Assembly: GCF_006345805.1 (NCBI RefSeq) | Contig: NC_043006.1 | Span: 2,480,001-2,544,000 of the forward strand | Source: Octopus sinensis | Lineage: Eukaryota | Reading direction: 5' to 3' | Length of the DNA stretch: 64,000 bases | Shown: positions 51,225 through 63,965 of the stretch, one piece after another | How the letters are laid out: each line of letters starts with the position of its first letter | Position numbering within the stretch: the first letter of the stretch is position 1 | Notes under the pieces: generated by a model | What the model saw: the letters and a program-made list of their open reading frames with translations, nothing else | The model's database searches: none | What the model was told of the DNA's origin: nothing | Position numbers and translations under genes: made by a program

Positions 51225-52001
51225 GCGAGCTGGCAGAAACGTTAGCATGCCGGGCGAAATTCTTAGTGGTATTTCGTCTGCCGTTATGTTCTGAGTTCAA
51301 ATTCCGCCGAGGTCAACTTTGCCTTTCATCCTTTCGGGGTCGATAAATTAAGTACCAGTTATGCACTGGGATCGATGTAATCGACTTAATCCGTTTGTCT
51401 GTCCTTGTTTGTCCCTCAGTGTTTAGCCCCTTGTGGGCAATAAAGAAATAGGTTTTTCGTCTGCCGTTATGTTCTGAGTTCAAATTCCGCCGAGGTCAAC
51501 TTTGCCTTTCATCCTTTCGGGGTCGATAAATTAAGTACCAGTTATGCACTGGGGTCGATGTAATCGACTTAATCCGTTTGTCTGTCCTTGTTTGTCCCTC
51601 TGTGTTTAGCCCCTTGTGGGCAATAAAGAAATAGGTTTTTCGTCTGCTGTTATGTTCTGAGTTCAAATTCCGCCAAGGTCGACTTTGCCTTTCATCCTTT
51701 CGGGGTCGATAAATTAAGTACCAGTTATGCACTGGGGTCGATGTAATCGACTTAATCCGTTTGTCTCTCCTTGTTTGTCCCCTCTGTGTTCAGCCCCTTG
51801 TGGGCAATAAAGAAATAGGTTTTTCGTCTGCTGTTATGTTCTGAGTTCAAATTCCGCCAAGGTCGACTTTGCCTTTCATCCTTTCGGGGTCGATAAATTA
51901 AGTACCAGTTATGCACTGGGGTCGATGTAATTGACTTAATCCGTTTGTCTATCCTTGTTTGTCCCCTCTGTGTTTAGCCCCTTGTGGGCAATAAAGAAAT
52001 A
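51225..52001 (+). repeat. Tandem tetramer of SINE B, ~183-bp period
   Basis: One full head, then units restarting at 51451, 51634 and 51818, each ending AAAGAAATA. Confidence 0.92.
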
Positions 52002-52769
52002 CGTAAACAGATTGTTAATGTACAAAAGGAAGAATATAGGAACATAATTGAACCTTGCAGTATCCAAGAGTTGATAGTGTGTGAGTCAGGGAGAGCACCT
52101 TTTGCACATACTGAAATTGTGTGTTTTAGCAGGAAGCTTGCAACCCAAGAGATGAGAGGTGGATGGATCCCATACGTGTATAGGTCAGCTGTAAGTGAAA
52201 TGGAAAAATGGTTATATTATACCACTTAGTGTTCAGAAAAGCGTTTTTGTATTCCTACGTCGCTAAAACTTGTTGTATTTCAAACTTGTAGTCGTTTAGA
52301 TTTATGTTCCTGTGTATCATGTAACAATTTTTATAGCTTGTTAAATATTGTTATGCATATTTAATTAGTGTTATGATTCATCTTTTGTGTTATTTTATTT
52401 AAATTGTATTTATTATGCAAGTTGAATCCTATATAAATGCAGTTGTAATGGCTTTCTGATTGGCGTTCTCTTACATTCCCCATATGCTGCAAGCATCTGA
52501 ATAGTAATTTTATATAGCATAACCACTTCAGTTGTTATAAAGTAGGATTAATACAAAATTTAATAGTTTCTAAGCTGGTTTTTTTTTTAAAAATTAGAGC
52601 TTTTGGTTAGAACCCAATGTGATACTCTTGATTAAAGTATGTTATTTCACTTGCATCTGTAGATACAAGAGCTTTTGGTCATATTTGGCATCGCATGAAA
52701 TCTGAAAAGCCCACTGCTTCAAAGTTTGTTAAATAATGATTTTTTTTACTGCTACCAAAATTATATGTT

Positions 52770-52800
<31 letters not shown>

Positions 52801-53407
52801 TTGTGTGTGTGTCTGTAAGACATGTTATTCCCAGACAACAGAGAAACTATTTAATAAAATGATTCATTCTTGTGTGAGGTTATTCCATCTTGCCATTGCA
52901 AATCATCCAATGACAAGGCAATTTGTAGTCAAATCAGTCAGTTTTTTGTTTTCTTCTCTCTCCGATACCAACTAAACGGTACAGGAGTGGTCTAGTGCCT
53001 TACTCAAGGCCATTATACTCTGCCTATCATATGATGCAAACTCACACTTTAACTTAGAGGCCAGCTATCCACTCATCCATTATGATTTCAGTTTTTATAA
53101 ACTTACAATAATATTATTACTAGTTGTATATCATAAGGAAGTTATCCATTATGATAATAAAGGGGAAAATGTTTAGCTTTTTTCTCTTACATCATGGTAT
53201 AATAACATGAAAATGTTTATTAAACTTGATAAGTATTTTTGCTGGTTGACTTATTTCTTTAGATTATGCCTATGGGAGGAGGTTTAGTTAAATTCTTAGA
53301 ATTTGTGACTTTCCAGTTATCAGTGGGTTAAGTTAATTTGTGTGAATTTTGTAAAAAGTGGGCTATTTTAGACATTCAGTGTCATGACATCATGGTGATG
53401 GATTTTT

Positions 53408-53610
53408 TTTGTTTTTACTTGTTTCAGTCATTTGACTATGACCATGCTGGAGCACCGCCTTGAAAGGCTTTAATTGAACAAATCAGCCTCTGGGTTTAGG
53501 GATTGTTTTAAAGCCTAGTACTTATTCTATCAGCTCTCTTGCTGAACCGCTAAGTTATGGGGACATAATCACACCAACACCAATTGTCACCAACAGATAC
53601 ATAAAGACAC
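53408..53610 (-). mobile_element. SINE family A, 3' half
   Basis: TTTTACTTGTTTCAGTCATTTGACT..GAACCGCTAAGTTATGGGGAC. Confidence 0.8.
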
Positions 53611-53844
53611 ACTCACATAGATATATACATCATCATCATCATTGTTTGACTTATCCCCCACCAAAACATTGCTGGCATTGTGCCAAAATTTGAAATCATT
53701 ATTTTGCTGTAATATATATTATCATATATAAAAGTCTTACATTGTACACCTGGTCACTAATACTTCAATGTATCTCAATAAAGATCTGGTTATAATGTTA
53801 CCTAATTATTCAAAATAATAATACAAAATAATGGCTTCAAATTT

Positions 53845-54362
53845 TGGAACAAGGTCAGCAATTTTGATGTGAGGTGGCAAGTCAATTACATTGACCCTCG
53901 TATTTGACCTGTACTTTAGTTTATTGACCCTGGAAGGGTGAGAGGCAAAAACCAGCCTCAGCAGAATTTGAACTCAGAATGTAAAGAGCTGAAAGAAATG
54001 CTACTAAGCATTCAGTCTGGTGTGCTAACGTTTCTGCCAGTTCACTGCCTTTAATTATACAAAATAATAATAATAAGGTTAATGAGATTATAACAGTTTG
54101 TGTCTGTTTTTAATGGTTTCTATCATTCTTATTTCTTTACTACCCACAAGGGGCTACACACAGAGGGGACAAACAGGGACAGACAAACGGATTAAGTCGA
54201 TTATATCAACCCCAGTGCGTAAATGGTACTTATTTAATTGACCCCAAAAGGATGAAAGGCAAAGTCGACCTCGGCAGAAGTTGAACTCAGAATGTAGCGG
54301 CAGATGAAATACTGCTAAGCATTTTGCCCAGCATGCTAACACTTCTGCCAGTTCGCCACCTT
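53845..54362 (-). mobile_element. Two SINE B copies (53845-54050 and 54130-54362)
   Basis: Two reverse-complement heads (TTCTGCCAGTTC), one with each tail type. Confidence 0.8.
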
Positions 54363-54526
54363 TAGTAAATGGTTTCTATCATTCTATCACGATGTTATTG
54401 CTGTTATGCAAACACATATTCTTGGCCGAAAACACTTGCCAAACATGTATTACTTAAGAATTAAAAAAATATTTTGATTTGTGTTGTCAATTCAGATACC
54501 AAGAGGAATTTGAATTATATATCTAT

Positions 54527-54865
54527 GGCTCAGTGGTTAGACCATCAGGCTCACAACCATGAGGTAGTGAATTTGATTCCTGGACTCGGCTGTGTTCTTG
54601 TGCAAGACACTTTATTTCACATTGCTCCAGTTCACTCAGCTGTAGAAACGAGTTATGACATCACTGGTGCTAAATTGTACCAGCCTTTGCCTTTCCCTTG
54701 GATAACATCAGTGGCATGGGGAGAGGGGTGGCTGGTATGCATGGGCATAAACAGCCTTGCCTGGACTTGTGCCTTGGAGGGTAACTTTCTAGGTTCAATC
54801 CCATGTTTCCTAGTTTCAATTCATGGCAGAAGGTGGATCTTTAACCTTTACATTTCTATTTGAAA
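54527..54865 (+). mobile_element. SINE family E
   Basis: TGGCTCAGTGGTTAG A box, TTCACATTGCTCCAGTTCACTCAGCTG domain. Confidence 0.75.
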
Positions 54866-55800
54866 GATACTAAAATAGGTGATGAATTTCGGGGTTGTTT
54901 TCAGCCACGAATGGAGTACAATGCATCTGGTATTATTTGATATTAAGAGAAAGATCAAGCAGATACTTTATTTGTAAATTGTCCTTGATAACCCGGCACT
55001 GTGAACTAAATTAATATTTCTGATAATCATTGAGTGTGTATTTAAAAAGTAATCTGTGTTATCCTGAAAAGTATGTTTAAATATTTGAAGTCAACAGCTG
55101 CAGGCAGTGTTCATAATTGCTCCAGTAATTTTTCTACCAGTAAATTGATGTCTGTAACTAAATAATGAGTGGCAGAATAAAAATATTTAGAAAAGGACAT
55201 AACCATTTTAAAACTGTTTTGCTGAAAATTAGATTAGCTGGCTGTGGGTTTGAAATTGTTTGCGTATGAAAAATCACAAGTGTAAATTACCTTTAAAAAT
55301 ACAAAGTATTTTATTATCAAATTGAAAATTGGTACCAGTTTATAAATAAATGGCTGGTATTAGAAAATGTACTTATTCTAACTATGGGATTATTCAGTTT
55401 ATGTGATGGATACTAATATTACAGTGTTAAGTGGCTGTTGATAATCCACATGACGGATATTTCATTTAGCTCAGTCATGAGACTTTCAGGATGGCACACT
55501 TAATGAAAAACTGTCTTGAATGTTTTTGAGTAGTGTGGCTTACCTGATGATTAGCCATGTCCCTTGTGGCCCACTTCTCAAAACAGGTTGTCCATGTCAA
55601 TTCTAGACTCTTCTCATTGAGGACTGCTAAAGTTTAGCCTATTCTGGATAGTTTCAGCATTTAGATTTGTCTGGGGCCTTACATCATTAGGGGCCACACG
55701 TTTTACATTAAATCTCAAAACTTTAAAGGCATTTCACTAACATATATTTATGCATGTTCGTGTGCATAGACACACAGATGTGTATGGGTATGCATGTTTG

Positions 55801-55860
<60 letters not shown>

Positions 55861-55861
55861 A

Positions 55862-56103
55862 AGGTGCGTGGCTTAGTGGTTAGGGTGTCAGCATCATGAT
55901 CGTAAGATTGTGGTTTCCTGGGCCGGGCGACACGTTGTGTTCTTGAGCAAAACACTTCATTTCACGTTGCTCCAGTCCACTCAGCTGGCAAAAATGAGTA
56001 ACGCTGCGATGGACTGGCGTCCCGTCCAGCTGGGGAACACATATGCCATTGAAACCGGGAAACCCGGGCCCATGAACCTGGCTAGGCTTTAAAAGGATGC
56101 ATT
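55862..56103 (+). mobile_element. SINE family E, young copy
   Basis: GCGTGGCTTAGTGGTTAGGG..CTTGAGCAAAACACTTC..TTGCTCCAGTCCACTCAGCTGGC. Confidence 0.85.
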
Positions 56104-56147
56104 TATATATATATATATGAATATATATATATGTATATATATATGTA

Positions 56148-56181
<34 letters not shown>

Positions 56182-56245
56182 CATATATATATGTGTATAT
56201 ATATATGTATATATATATGTGTATATATATGTGTATATATATGTG

Positions 56246-56307
<62 letters not shown>

Positions 56308-56970
56308 TATATATGTATGTATATGTATATATACACACATGGTGTCAAATTAGTTCAGTTGTTAGTGTCAGAGAGTGTGCCTTATAGTATTTGTTCCCAT
56401 AGGCTCAAAAACAAGGGTTGCAAGGAGTGCAGGTGCACCCCTAACATTTGTGTATGAGGGGCCAATGAAAATACTTTGAACATCCTGGGTTGGATCTGGG
56501 TTTGCACTCCCTTAGCAAATTCTGTTTCTGCACTCATGTTTGTTCCGGCTCTCTTCATTCTGACTTTAATTTCTACTTAAACCAGCTTTGGCCTTTGAAT
56601 TCTCTTGGGTTCATAATTGAAGTACTTGTCGATGATAGATTGATGTAATGTTTGAGTATCATAAAAAAAAATGTAATGAAGTCTTTATTTCAGCTTTGTT
56701 CATTCTGGGTTCAAGTTATACCTACCTCCAGCAAAGGCTGTAACAGATATGAGAAGTTCTTGAGCAAGGATCCAAATGCTTCATCATAACACTCTCAATA
56801 GCTGACAATAAGAAACGCAAGCGGATATTTTACATCCTGTTCACTCAACGAGCAATATACATACATACACACATAGATACATATGTATGAATGTGTATCT
56901 TTTATTATTTTTCTTTTACTCGTCTTAGTCATTAGACTGTGGCCATGCTGGAGTATAGGCTTATATGTTC

Positions 56971-57237
56971 TAAAATTCACTCTATAATTGTCCATGAGCA
57001 TATAGCATAGCTCAATCCCAGGCAGGGACTTGAAAAATAATATCAATTGAAAAATAACATCAGCAACATACCCTAGGAATGAGAATAGTGTACCCCATTA
57101 GTCAAATAAAGGATAGGTTCAAAATTCCACCAGAACACCTGAGGAAGGCTGGAGAGTACATCAGCCGAAACATTGTGATAACGACAAACAAAATGGGGAC
57201 ACCTCTCCGTCCATTGTAAATAATGTACATAATTCCT
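56971..57237 (+). mobile_element. Element 'D' copy: Penelope 3' sequence + deleted tRNA-like head + hammerhead
   Basis: 56971-57010 TAAAATTCACTCTATAATTGTCCATGAGCATATAGCATAG matches 63796-63835; 57060-57237 matches the reverse complement of 4670-4800. Confidence 0.7.
57134..57179 (+). ncRNA. Minimal type I hammerhead ribozyme
   Basis: AACAC - CTGAGGA - A - GGCTG/GAGAGTACAT/CAGCC - GAAA - CATT - GTGAT. Confidence 0.55.
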
Positions 57238-57296
57238 TGTCCCCAAAATATAGTATAGTATTAAGTTAGTCTACTTCAGCTGTATTAAATGTATGC

Positions 57297-57660
57297 CATC
57301 ATCATCGTCATCATTGTATTATAATCTCTCTCCATGCTGGCACTGGTTTACTGACTCATCACAAAACAAGTCAGCTCTTATTTAGAGTTATTGCCTTCCG
57401 AAATAAAACCTGCCTCACTATCACATTCCAGTTTTGTATAGCATTGTTTCTACTGTATGGTTGCTACCACCAACCACTCTACATGTGTATTGGGTGTATT
57501 TTATCTTCAACAGGACTCTTTCCTACATACCAGCACTGGAGAAGTGTTATCCTCAGCAAGACGACTAAACAGCCCTTTTGACTCTGCATTGTGCCTACTC
57601 ATTCACCAATCTCTTTACAGAGTAGACTGGATGCATTTTATCATGGCACTGGCCAACCTC
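57297..57660 (-). mobile_element. Old RTE 3' UTR fragment
   Basis: (CAT)n start, TCCATGCTGGCA, ACCAACCACT..ACAGAGTAGACTGGATGCATTTT. Confidence 0.55.
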
Positions 57661-58265
57661 TAGTGAGATTGCTCTTTAACCCACTAAATTAAGAAGTCCT
57701 CACTCGTCTGTGATTATTCATTCAAGGAAGTGTGACAAAACTTGGTCTTGGTCTGTGTTTAAATGTCTCAAGTCTTTGATGTCTTAATTCCGTGAGTGTA
57801 ACCCATAAAATTATTTCAAGAATTATGGAAAATTTTGCATAGAAAATATGGAACTCAAAATAGGATATTCTTTGAGAATAGCTAAAAAAAATCTTGCTCT
57901 AGTTTAGGCTTCAAAAACAAATTAAAGTTCTGATATTCTTTTCTAAATCTAAATTATTCCCCATTATTGTGCAGCTAATTGAAACTCTGACACTAGTCTT
58001 GAGTCATGACTAATCTTTGTATGAGTACTATCAATGTTTCATTGTTGTTTTTACCACCATAATAATTTTTGAAGTTATATATTCTTCCTGGATCCATTAT
58101 TAAATTTTTGTTCTGGCATTGTGCAACAAAAATATTTAAACAAATATCTGTGGTTTCTGTCTTGGCCAAATTGTTTTGGAATTGAAGTGTTTATATACAT
58201 GTTTATATACATGTATATATGTGTGTGTATAGACACATATGCTTATTCTGATACACATAAATATG

Positions 58266-58852
58266 TTTCGAATTCGAAATCAAACCAAATTCGATGACTG
58301 ACACCCATGCCAACCTTCCTTCATTGGACACTAAACTCTGTTTGCGAAGACCTATTGGGGCAAGTGAAATCGAAATTGAACCAAATTCGATGACTGGCAC
58401 CCGTACCAGTGGAGCGCTAACAGCTCCATCCGAGCGGGATCACTGCCAGAGTAGCTGTCTGGCTTCCATGCTGGTGGCACGTAAAAAGCGCCATTTGAGC
58501 ATAATCGTTACCAGCGTCACCTTACTGGCACTTGTGCTGGTGACATGTAAACAAAGCATTTGAGTGAGGTCATTGCCAGTGCCGCTGGACTAACTCCTGT
58601 GCAGGTGGCACATAAAAAACACCTTTGAGCATGGTCGTTTCCAGTACTGCCTGACTGGCCCTTGTGCCGGGGGCATGTAAAAGCACCCACTACACTCTTG
58701 GAGTGGTTGGCATTAGGAAGGGCATCCAACTGTAGAAACTCTGCCAGATCAGATTGGAGCCTGGCGCAGCCATCTGGTTCGCCAGTCATCAGTTAAAATC
58801 ATCCAACCCATGCCAGCATGGAAAGTGGACGTTAAATGATGATGATGATGAT
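58266..58852 (+). mobile_element. RTE 3' UTR fragment
   Basis: GAAATCGAAATTGAACCAAATTCGATGACTGGC, GGTGGCAC modules, ends GGACGTTAAAT(GAT)n. Confidence 0.8.
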
Positions 58853-60091
58853 TATATATATATATATGATGTATATACAGATGCATAATCCGAATCAGTT
58901 TTGTAATTGAATTTGGAGAAAAGTATGTTTAAATGAGTTACTAACCTGTTTAATGTTTGTGAAATAAATTCTTTGCATATGTTAAATAATATATTTAATG
59001 AGGTTATTAAATCCAAGTGTGTATTATTTTGGCAAACAATCACCTCTCGATTTTTTTGGTAATTGATTAAGGGAAGCATAAAATAGACGTTTAAATGATT
59101 ACGCTGGTTCCAGCTTGGATGGCAATTAGGTATCATTTCATGCTTCAGTGAGTTTCGGCTAGCAAAGATGTATTTAGATGTATTTCTATCAGGGAACTAG
59201 AGCAGAAGACATTGCTATTTCCAAGCTAGATTTGTTGAGAGTTCTCATGGTTCTTTTTTTTTTCCTTTTTCACAGTTTTGTTTATTGCTTGGAATATATC
59301 AAGTCAAATGATATTCAACTTGCATCTGTATTACTTCCGTTTTAGCCATTTATTTTTCTGCTAAAGATTGTGTGAAAATAGTTTGTTGAGTACACCAGCA
59401 TTAAACAGAAAAAAGTTTTTTTCTTTCTTTTTTCCACATATTGACTGATTTACAGCTTAAATAATTTTATAATGAATTTAAAATAAGTTTATTTTAATGT
59501 TTTGCATTCTATTTCAAAGTTGTAACTCTGATTTTCAGGAAAAAGAAAAAAAACCCAAAACCAAAAAGCAGAAACAAATCAAAACAAAACAGTTTTTGAT
59601 AACAATGAGTCTATGTTTCAGTTAATGTATTTCTCTAAATTATCAATGCATATTTGTAAGTCATTAGTTGCTTTTACTAAAGCTAATTAATGAACCGTGA
59701 ATGAAAAGTGAAAGAATTATGTCTTCCAGATTGGGTGAATAACACAAGTAGAATTATGTGTCATAGATGCCTTAAGATTTTGAACTTAGAATCTATGAGA
59801 CCAGCAGTCAAGCATTTAAGGACCTAAGTTTGCTAAAATATGAACTGTAACGCACTTTGTCTTAAAAAACATAAACCTCTGCAATGTTTTCATAATGATG
59901 GATGTTGTTGAAAATTAAACAGTGGAATTAATAAACCAGCATAGTCTAGAATGATGTATGTCTATAGAAGACAATGAACTGGCAGAATTGTTAGAATGCC
60001 AGGAAAAATGTTTTCTTTTTTTTTGTCATTTTGCCTGTTTTTATGTTCTGAGTTCAAATTCCACTGAGGTTGCCTTTCATCCCGTCAAGGC

Positions 60092-60327
60092 TACTCTTTC
60101 ACTCTTTTACTTGTTTCAGTCATGTGACTGTGGCCATGCTGGAGCACCGCCTTTTGTTGAGTGAATCAACCCCAGGACTTATTCTTTGTAAGCCTAGTCC
60201 TTATTCTATCTGTGTCTTTTGCCAGACTGCTAAGTTATGGGGACGTAAACACACCAGCATCAGTTGTGAAGCAATGTTGTGGGGGACAAACACAGACACA
60301 GACATACACACACACACACACACACAG

Positions 60328-60379
<52 letters not shown>

Positions 60380-60533
60380 ATGATGGGCTTCTTTCAGTTT
60401 CCGTCTACCAAAACCACTCACAAGGCTTTGGTCAGCTCGAGGCTATAGTAGAAGACACTTGCCCTAGGTGCCACGCAGTGGGACTGAACCCGGAACCATG
60501 TAGTTCGTAAGCAAGCTACTTACCACACACCCA
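60092..60533 (-). mobile_element. SINE family A, full length
   Basis: Reverse complement head to tail with internal (CA)n. Confidence 0.88.
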
Positions 60534-60919
60534 CTTCTATGCCTGGTTGATAAAATATGTTGCAGTTGAGCACTGGGGGGGTCAATGTACAAACTTGTGT
60601 ATTTCTTTCTTTGATTTGGGTTACTTTTTATGCTTTAAATGTAAAGTTTATATATGTGTGTAGGCAGTAAGTTTCCCAGTGTTTTCTGTTGTGCAGATAT
60701 TGAAAGTCAGAGGTGGTCTATTGCAACACTGAGGTGGTATGAAGAGCTATTACTAAAATATATATACTGTGAGACCTTAGTACTTTCTGGTGCAAGCTGA
60801 AGAGGTTTGATTCCTAACCACATGGTTCCAGATTCTGCCCTACTGTGTAACATCTTAGGCAAGTGTCTCCTATTATAGCTGTGGTAGATGGAAACTGAAA
60901 GAAGCCCATCATATATATA

Positions 60920-61310
60920 TCTATATATAAAAGTCAAGTTGTGTGTCTGTCTCCTACGATTTAGATTCCTAACTACTCCCACATTTTGCGGTGCAGTTTA
61001 ACCAAAACCGGGTATCTTATAGTCGTGATTCATATCGAGCCCTTCTGGGTATTAGCACGCGTCTACGATGAGTCTACGATTTAAAAAAAAATTTACCATC
61101 ATTTTTTTCCATTTTAATGCATTTTTTTGCTATTATATAAAGGAAGTAACTCTCTAAAAATGTCTACGATGAGTCAACGATTTAAAAAAAGTTTACCATA
61201 ATTTTTTTTCCATTTTTAATGCATTTTTTGCTATTTTTTGGCTGTAACTCTAAAAATGATTTATAGTTATTTCCCTTACAAACCCGAGCAACGCCGGGCA
61301 ATACTGCTAG
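60920..61310 (+). mobile_element. Non-autonomous Helitron
   Basis: A|TCTATATATAAAA 5' end, 3' hairpin CCCGAGCAACGCCGGG (61283-61298), CTAG|T end, internal ~100-bp tandem duplication; inserted in the (TA)n of a SINE A (60795-60912). Confidence 0.85.
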
Positions 61311-61632
61311 TCTTTATATATATATATATATGTGTGTGTGTGTCTTTTTGTTGGAATTCAATACTGTATGAACAAGTTTATTAAACATTACAGGTAACTA
61401 CCTGCACCAATAGTATGGAAGCATTTCAATATTTTTACTAATGTGTAATTGAGTCAAATTTAAAATTTTGTAAATAGAGAAAAATATGTGAAGACTCTTG
61501 TGTTCTGCTTAGTTTTCTCAGTTTTCTACTGGAACTGTTCAAAGGAAGCAGTTCTATATTTAACTAGCTTGTCGTTCAAACCATCTGACTTTCCTGTGTA
61601 GATGTAGAGACTCAAAGCTAATACCACCTGGT

Positions 61633-63760
61633 TTGAATATAATGACACCAGTGGATTCATATAAAACTAAAAGAGTAGCAGAAAGGGCAGGACATGCCCT
61701 CATCCATTACAACCGTTGGAAAAAACATCAACTAAATAACGAAATCAAAGAGAGGTTATCTTCATTACTTAGGAAAATAACCAGAGATGAGGATAGAAAG
61801 AGAAAGATCCAACAAGATCTAGAAAAGTCGAACATGAAAGAATTTGAAATAGTGAAAACACGTCAGATTAGGAAGTTTATGAATGTCAGAGAATGAAGAC
61901 TGAAATCCGTCACCCAACTGTGAAAGCAGTAGTTAATGTAAGTAACCGACATCTAGAAAGCTCTGAAGAGGCAGTACTAAACAAAGGTCTCAACTTTGTA
62001 ACAACCATCAAGTGCATTCCATACTTGGACATAATAGCTTCTATTGAAGAGGTGGCCATAAACATATCAAAAGCTCAGGGAGATGAACTAAGGTGGAAAG
62101 TGAGACAGGTACTAGAAAAAGTGAAAAGTTTGCTCTCAAAAGACTACAGAGTGACAATTCCATCATAATACTTCTGGCAGACAAAGGAAATGCTACAGTG
62201 GTGATGAACAAGTCTGACTACTCGGAAAAATTGGCAAGTTTTATATGTGATGGTAACTAAAGAAAGACCCAACTCTGAAAACAGAGAGGAAGCTGTCACA
62301 GATCTTGATCAAGAACAAGGATCACTTTACACCCATGAAGTACAGACAACTGACTCAACATCACAGAAAACTACCACACACGTACGATCTCCCTAAGATT
62401 CACAAGGATAGTATTCCATTAAGACTTATAGTGAGCTGTAGAGGTTCAGCATGTCATCCACTGAGCCGCTTCCTTGTGGATATAATCAGTCCATTAGCAG
62501 GAACTCTTCATCGTACGCGAAGAATTCCACCCACTTCACAGAATTGATCAAGGATACGCCCATTGAATCGAACCAGATGGTGAGTCTAGATGTTGTAAGT
62601 TTATTCACCAAAGTTGCAACTGGTGAAGCACTATCGGTGATACAAGGAAAACTAGTGACAGACCTCCATCTAAAAGAACGCACTAGTATACCAATAAGAA
62701 ACTTGATGGAAATGTTGACCTTCTGTGTAGAAACTACCTACTTCAGTATGGACACTGATATATATCGACAAGAGGAGGGTTTAGCTATGGGTTCGCCATT
62801 ATCACTGGTAATAGCCAATATATACATGGAATACTTTGAGAGTTTGGCTTTAGGATCAACACCACTAAAACTAACCCTATGGCTGTGATATGTTGATGAC
62901 ACCTTTATACTCTGGCCCCACCAGGAAGATGTCCAAGTGCTGTTAGATCATGTGAACTCAATAAAGCCATCCATACAGTTCACAATGGAAAAAGGAAAAA
63001 GATAATCAGCTGGCATTCCTGGGTGTATTAATAACAAGCACCAAGTATGGATTCAAGACATCTGTATACTGCAAGCTGACTTTCACTGGACAATACCTCA
63101 ACTTCAATTCCCACCATCCATACAGTGTAAAGGGAAGGATTGCTCGGTGCTTAAAACATCGAGCAAAGAATATATGTAGTGATCGTGATACACACCACGA
63201 AGAAATGGTCAAGCTCAGTAACAGTCTGTTAAGCAACAACTACCCCCAAAACATACTCTCCACTCCAGTTATGAAGAAGAGAGAGGATGAGGCCAAAAAA
63301 CTGTCCACAGTCTGTCTACCCTATGTGAAAGGCCTCTCAGAAAAGATACAAAAGATATGTGGCCCATATGACATTAGAACAGTATTCAAGAGTAATACAG
63401 CACTTTGCAAATCTCTCCTTCGAGTAAAACCACCAATAGAAGAGAATATGACCAAAAACTGCATGTACTCCATCCCATGCAGCTGTGGTAGGTTATACAA
63501 AGGTGAAACATGCTACCCCCTCAAAATAGGGGTAGAGGAACATTGCAAAGCTATGACATGAGGAGATATTGATAAATTGGGTATAGCTGATCATATGTGG
63601 TAAAATGGAGACCACCTTCCCCTGTGGGATGAAGTTAAAATAATAGACAGAGAACACCACTGGAAAATACGAAAACTAAAAGAAGCAGCACATATGCTAG
63701 GACAACAACCTCCTTAGCAGACCGAGTGCAGATATGAGTAGCATATGGGAACCGGTGTTA
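61633..63760 (+). mobile_element. Penelope-like retroelement (RT + C-terminal GIY-YIG), pseudogenised
   Basis: VVNVSNRHL..EEAVLNKGLNF; YDLPKIHK..LRLIVS; SLDVVSLFTKV; GLAMGSPLS..IANIYME; WL*YVDDTF; LPYVKGLSEKI; CMYSIPCSCGRLYKGET; WDEVKIIDREHHWKIRKLKEA. Multiple stops and frameshifts. Confidence 0.92.
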
Positions 63761-63795
63761 AGGGTGGATAGGAAAATATTAGATTTTATAAGCCC

Positions 63796-63960
63796 TAAAA
63801 TTCACTCCATAATTGCCCATGGGCATATAGCATAGTGGTTAAGAGTGCGGACTACTAACCCTAAGATTCCAAGTTTGATTCCATTCAGTGACCTGAATAG
63901 TAATAATAATAATAATAATTATAGTAATAATAATAATAATAATCATAATAATAATAATAA
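63796..63960 (+). other. Penelope 3' region containing a tRNA-like Pol III head and (AAT)n
   Basis: A box TAGCATAGTGG (63828-63838), degenerate B box AGTTTGATTCC (63872-63882), CAGTGACCTGA, (AAT)n to 63960. Confidence 0.65.
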
Positions 63961-63965
63961 TCATA

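Noticed and set aside
51225-52001. Regular ~183-bp repeats could suggest a CRISPR-like array
   Set aside because: Whole units repeat with no unique spacers, they are SINE-derived, and the context is eukaryotic.
63821-63896. Possible genuine tRNA gene (also SINE heads at 9549, 29414, 55862)
   Set aside because: A and B boxes are present but there is no acceptor stem, complete cloverleaf or oligo-T terminator; these are tRNA-derived heads.
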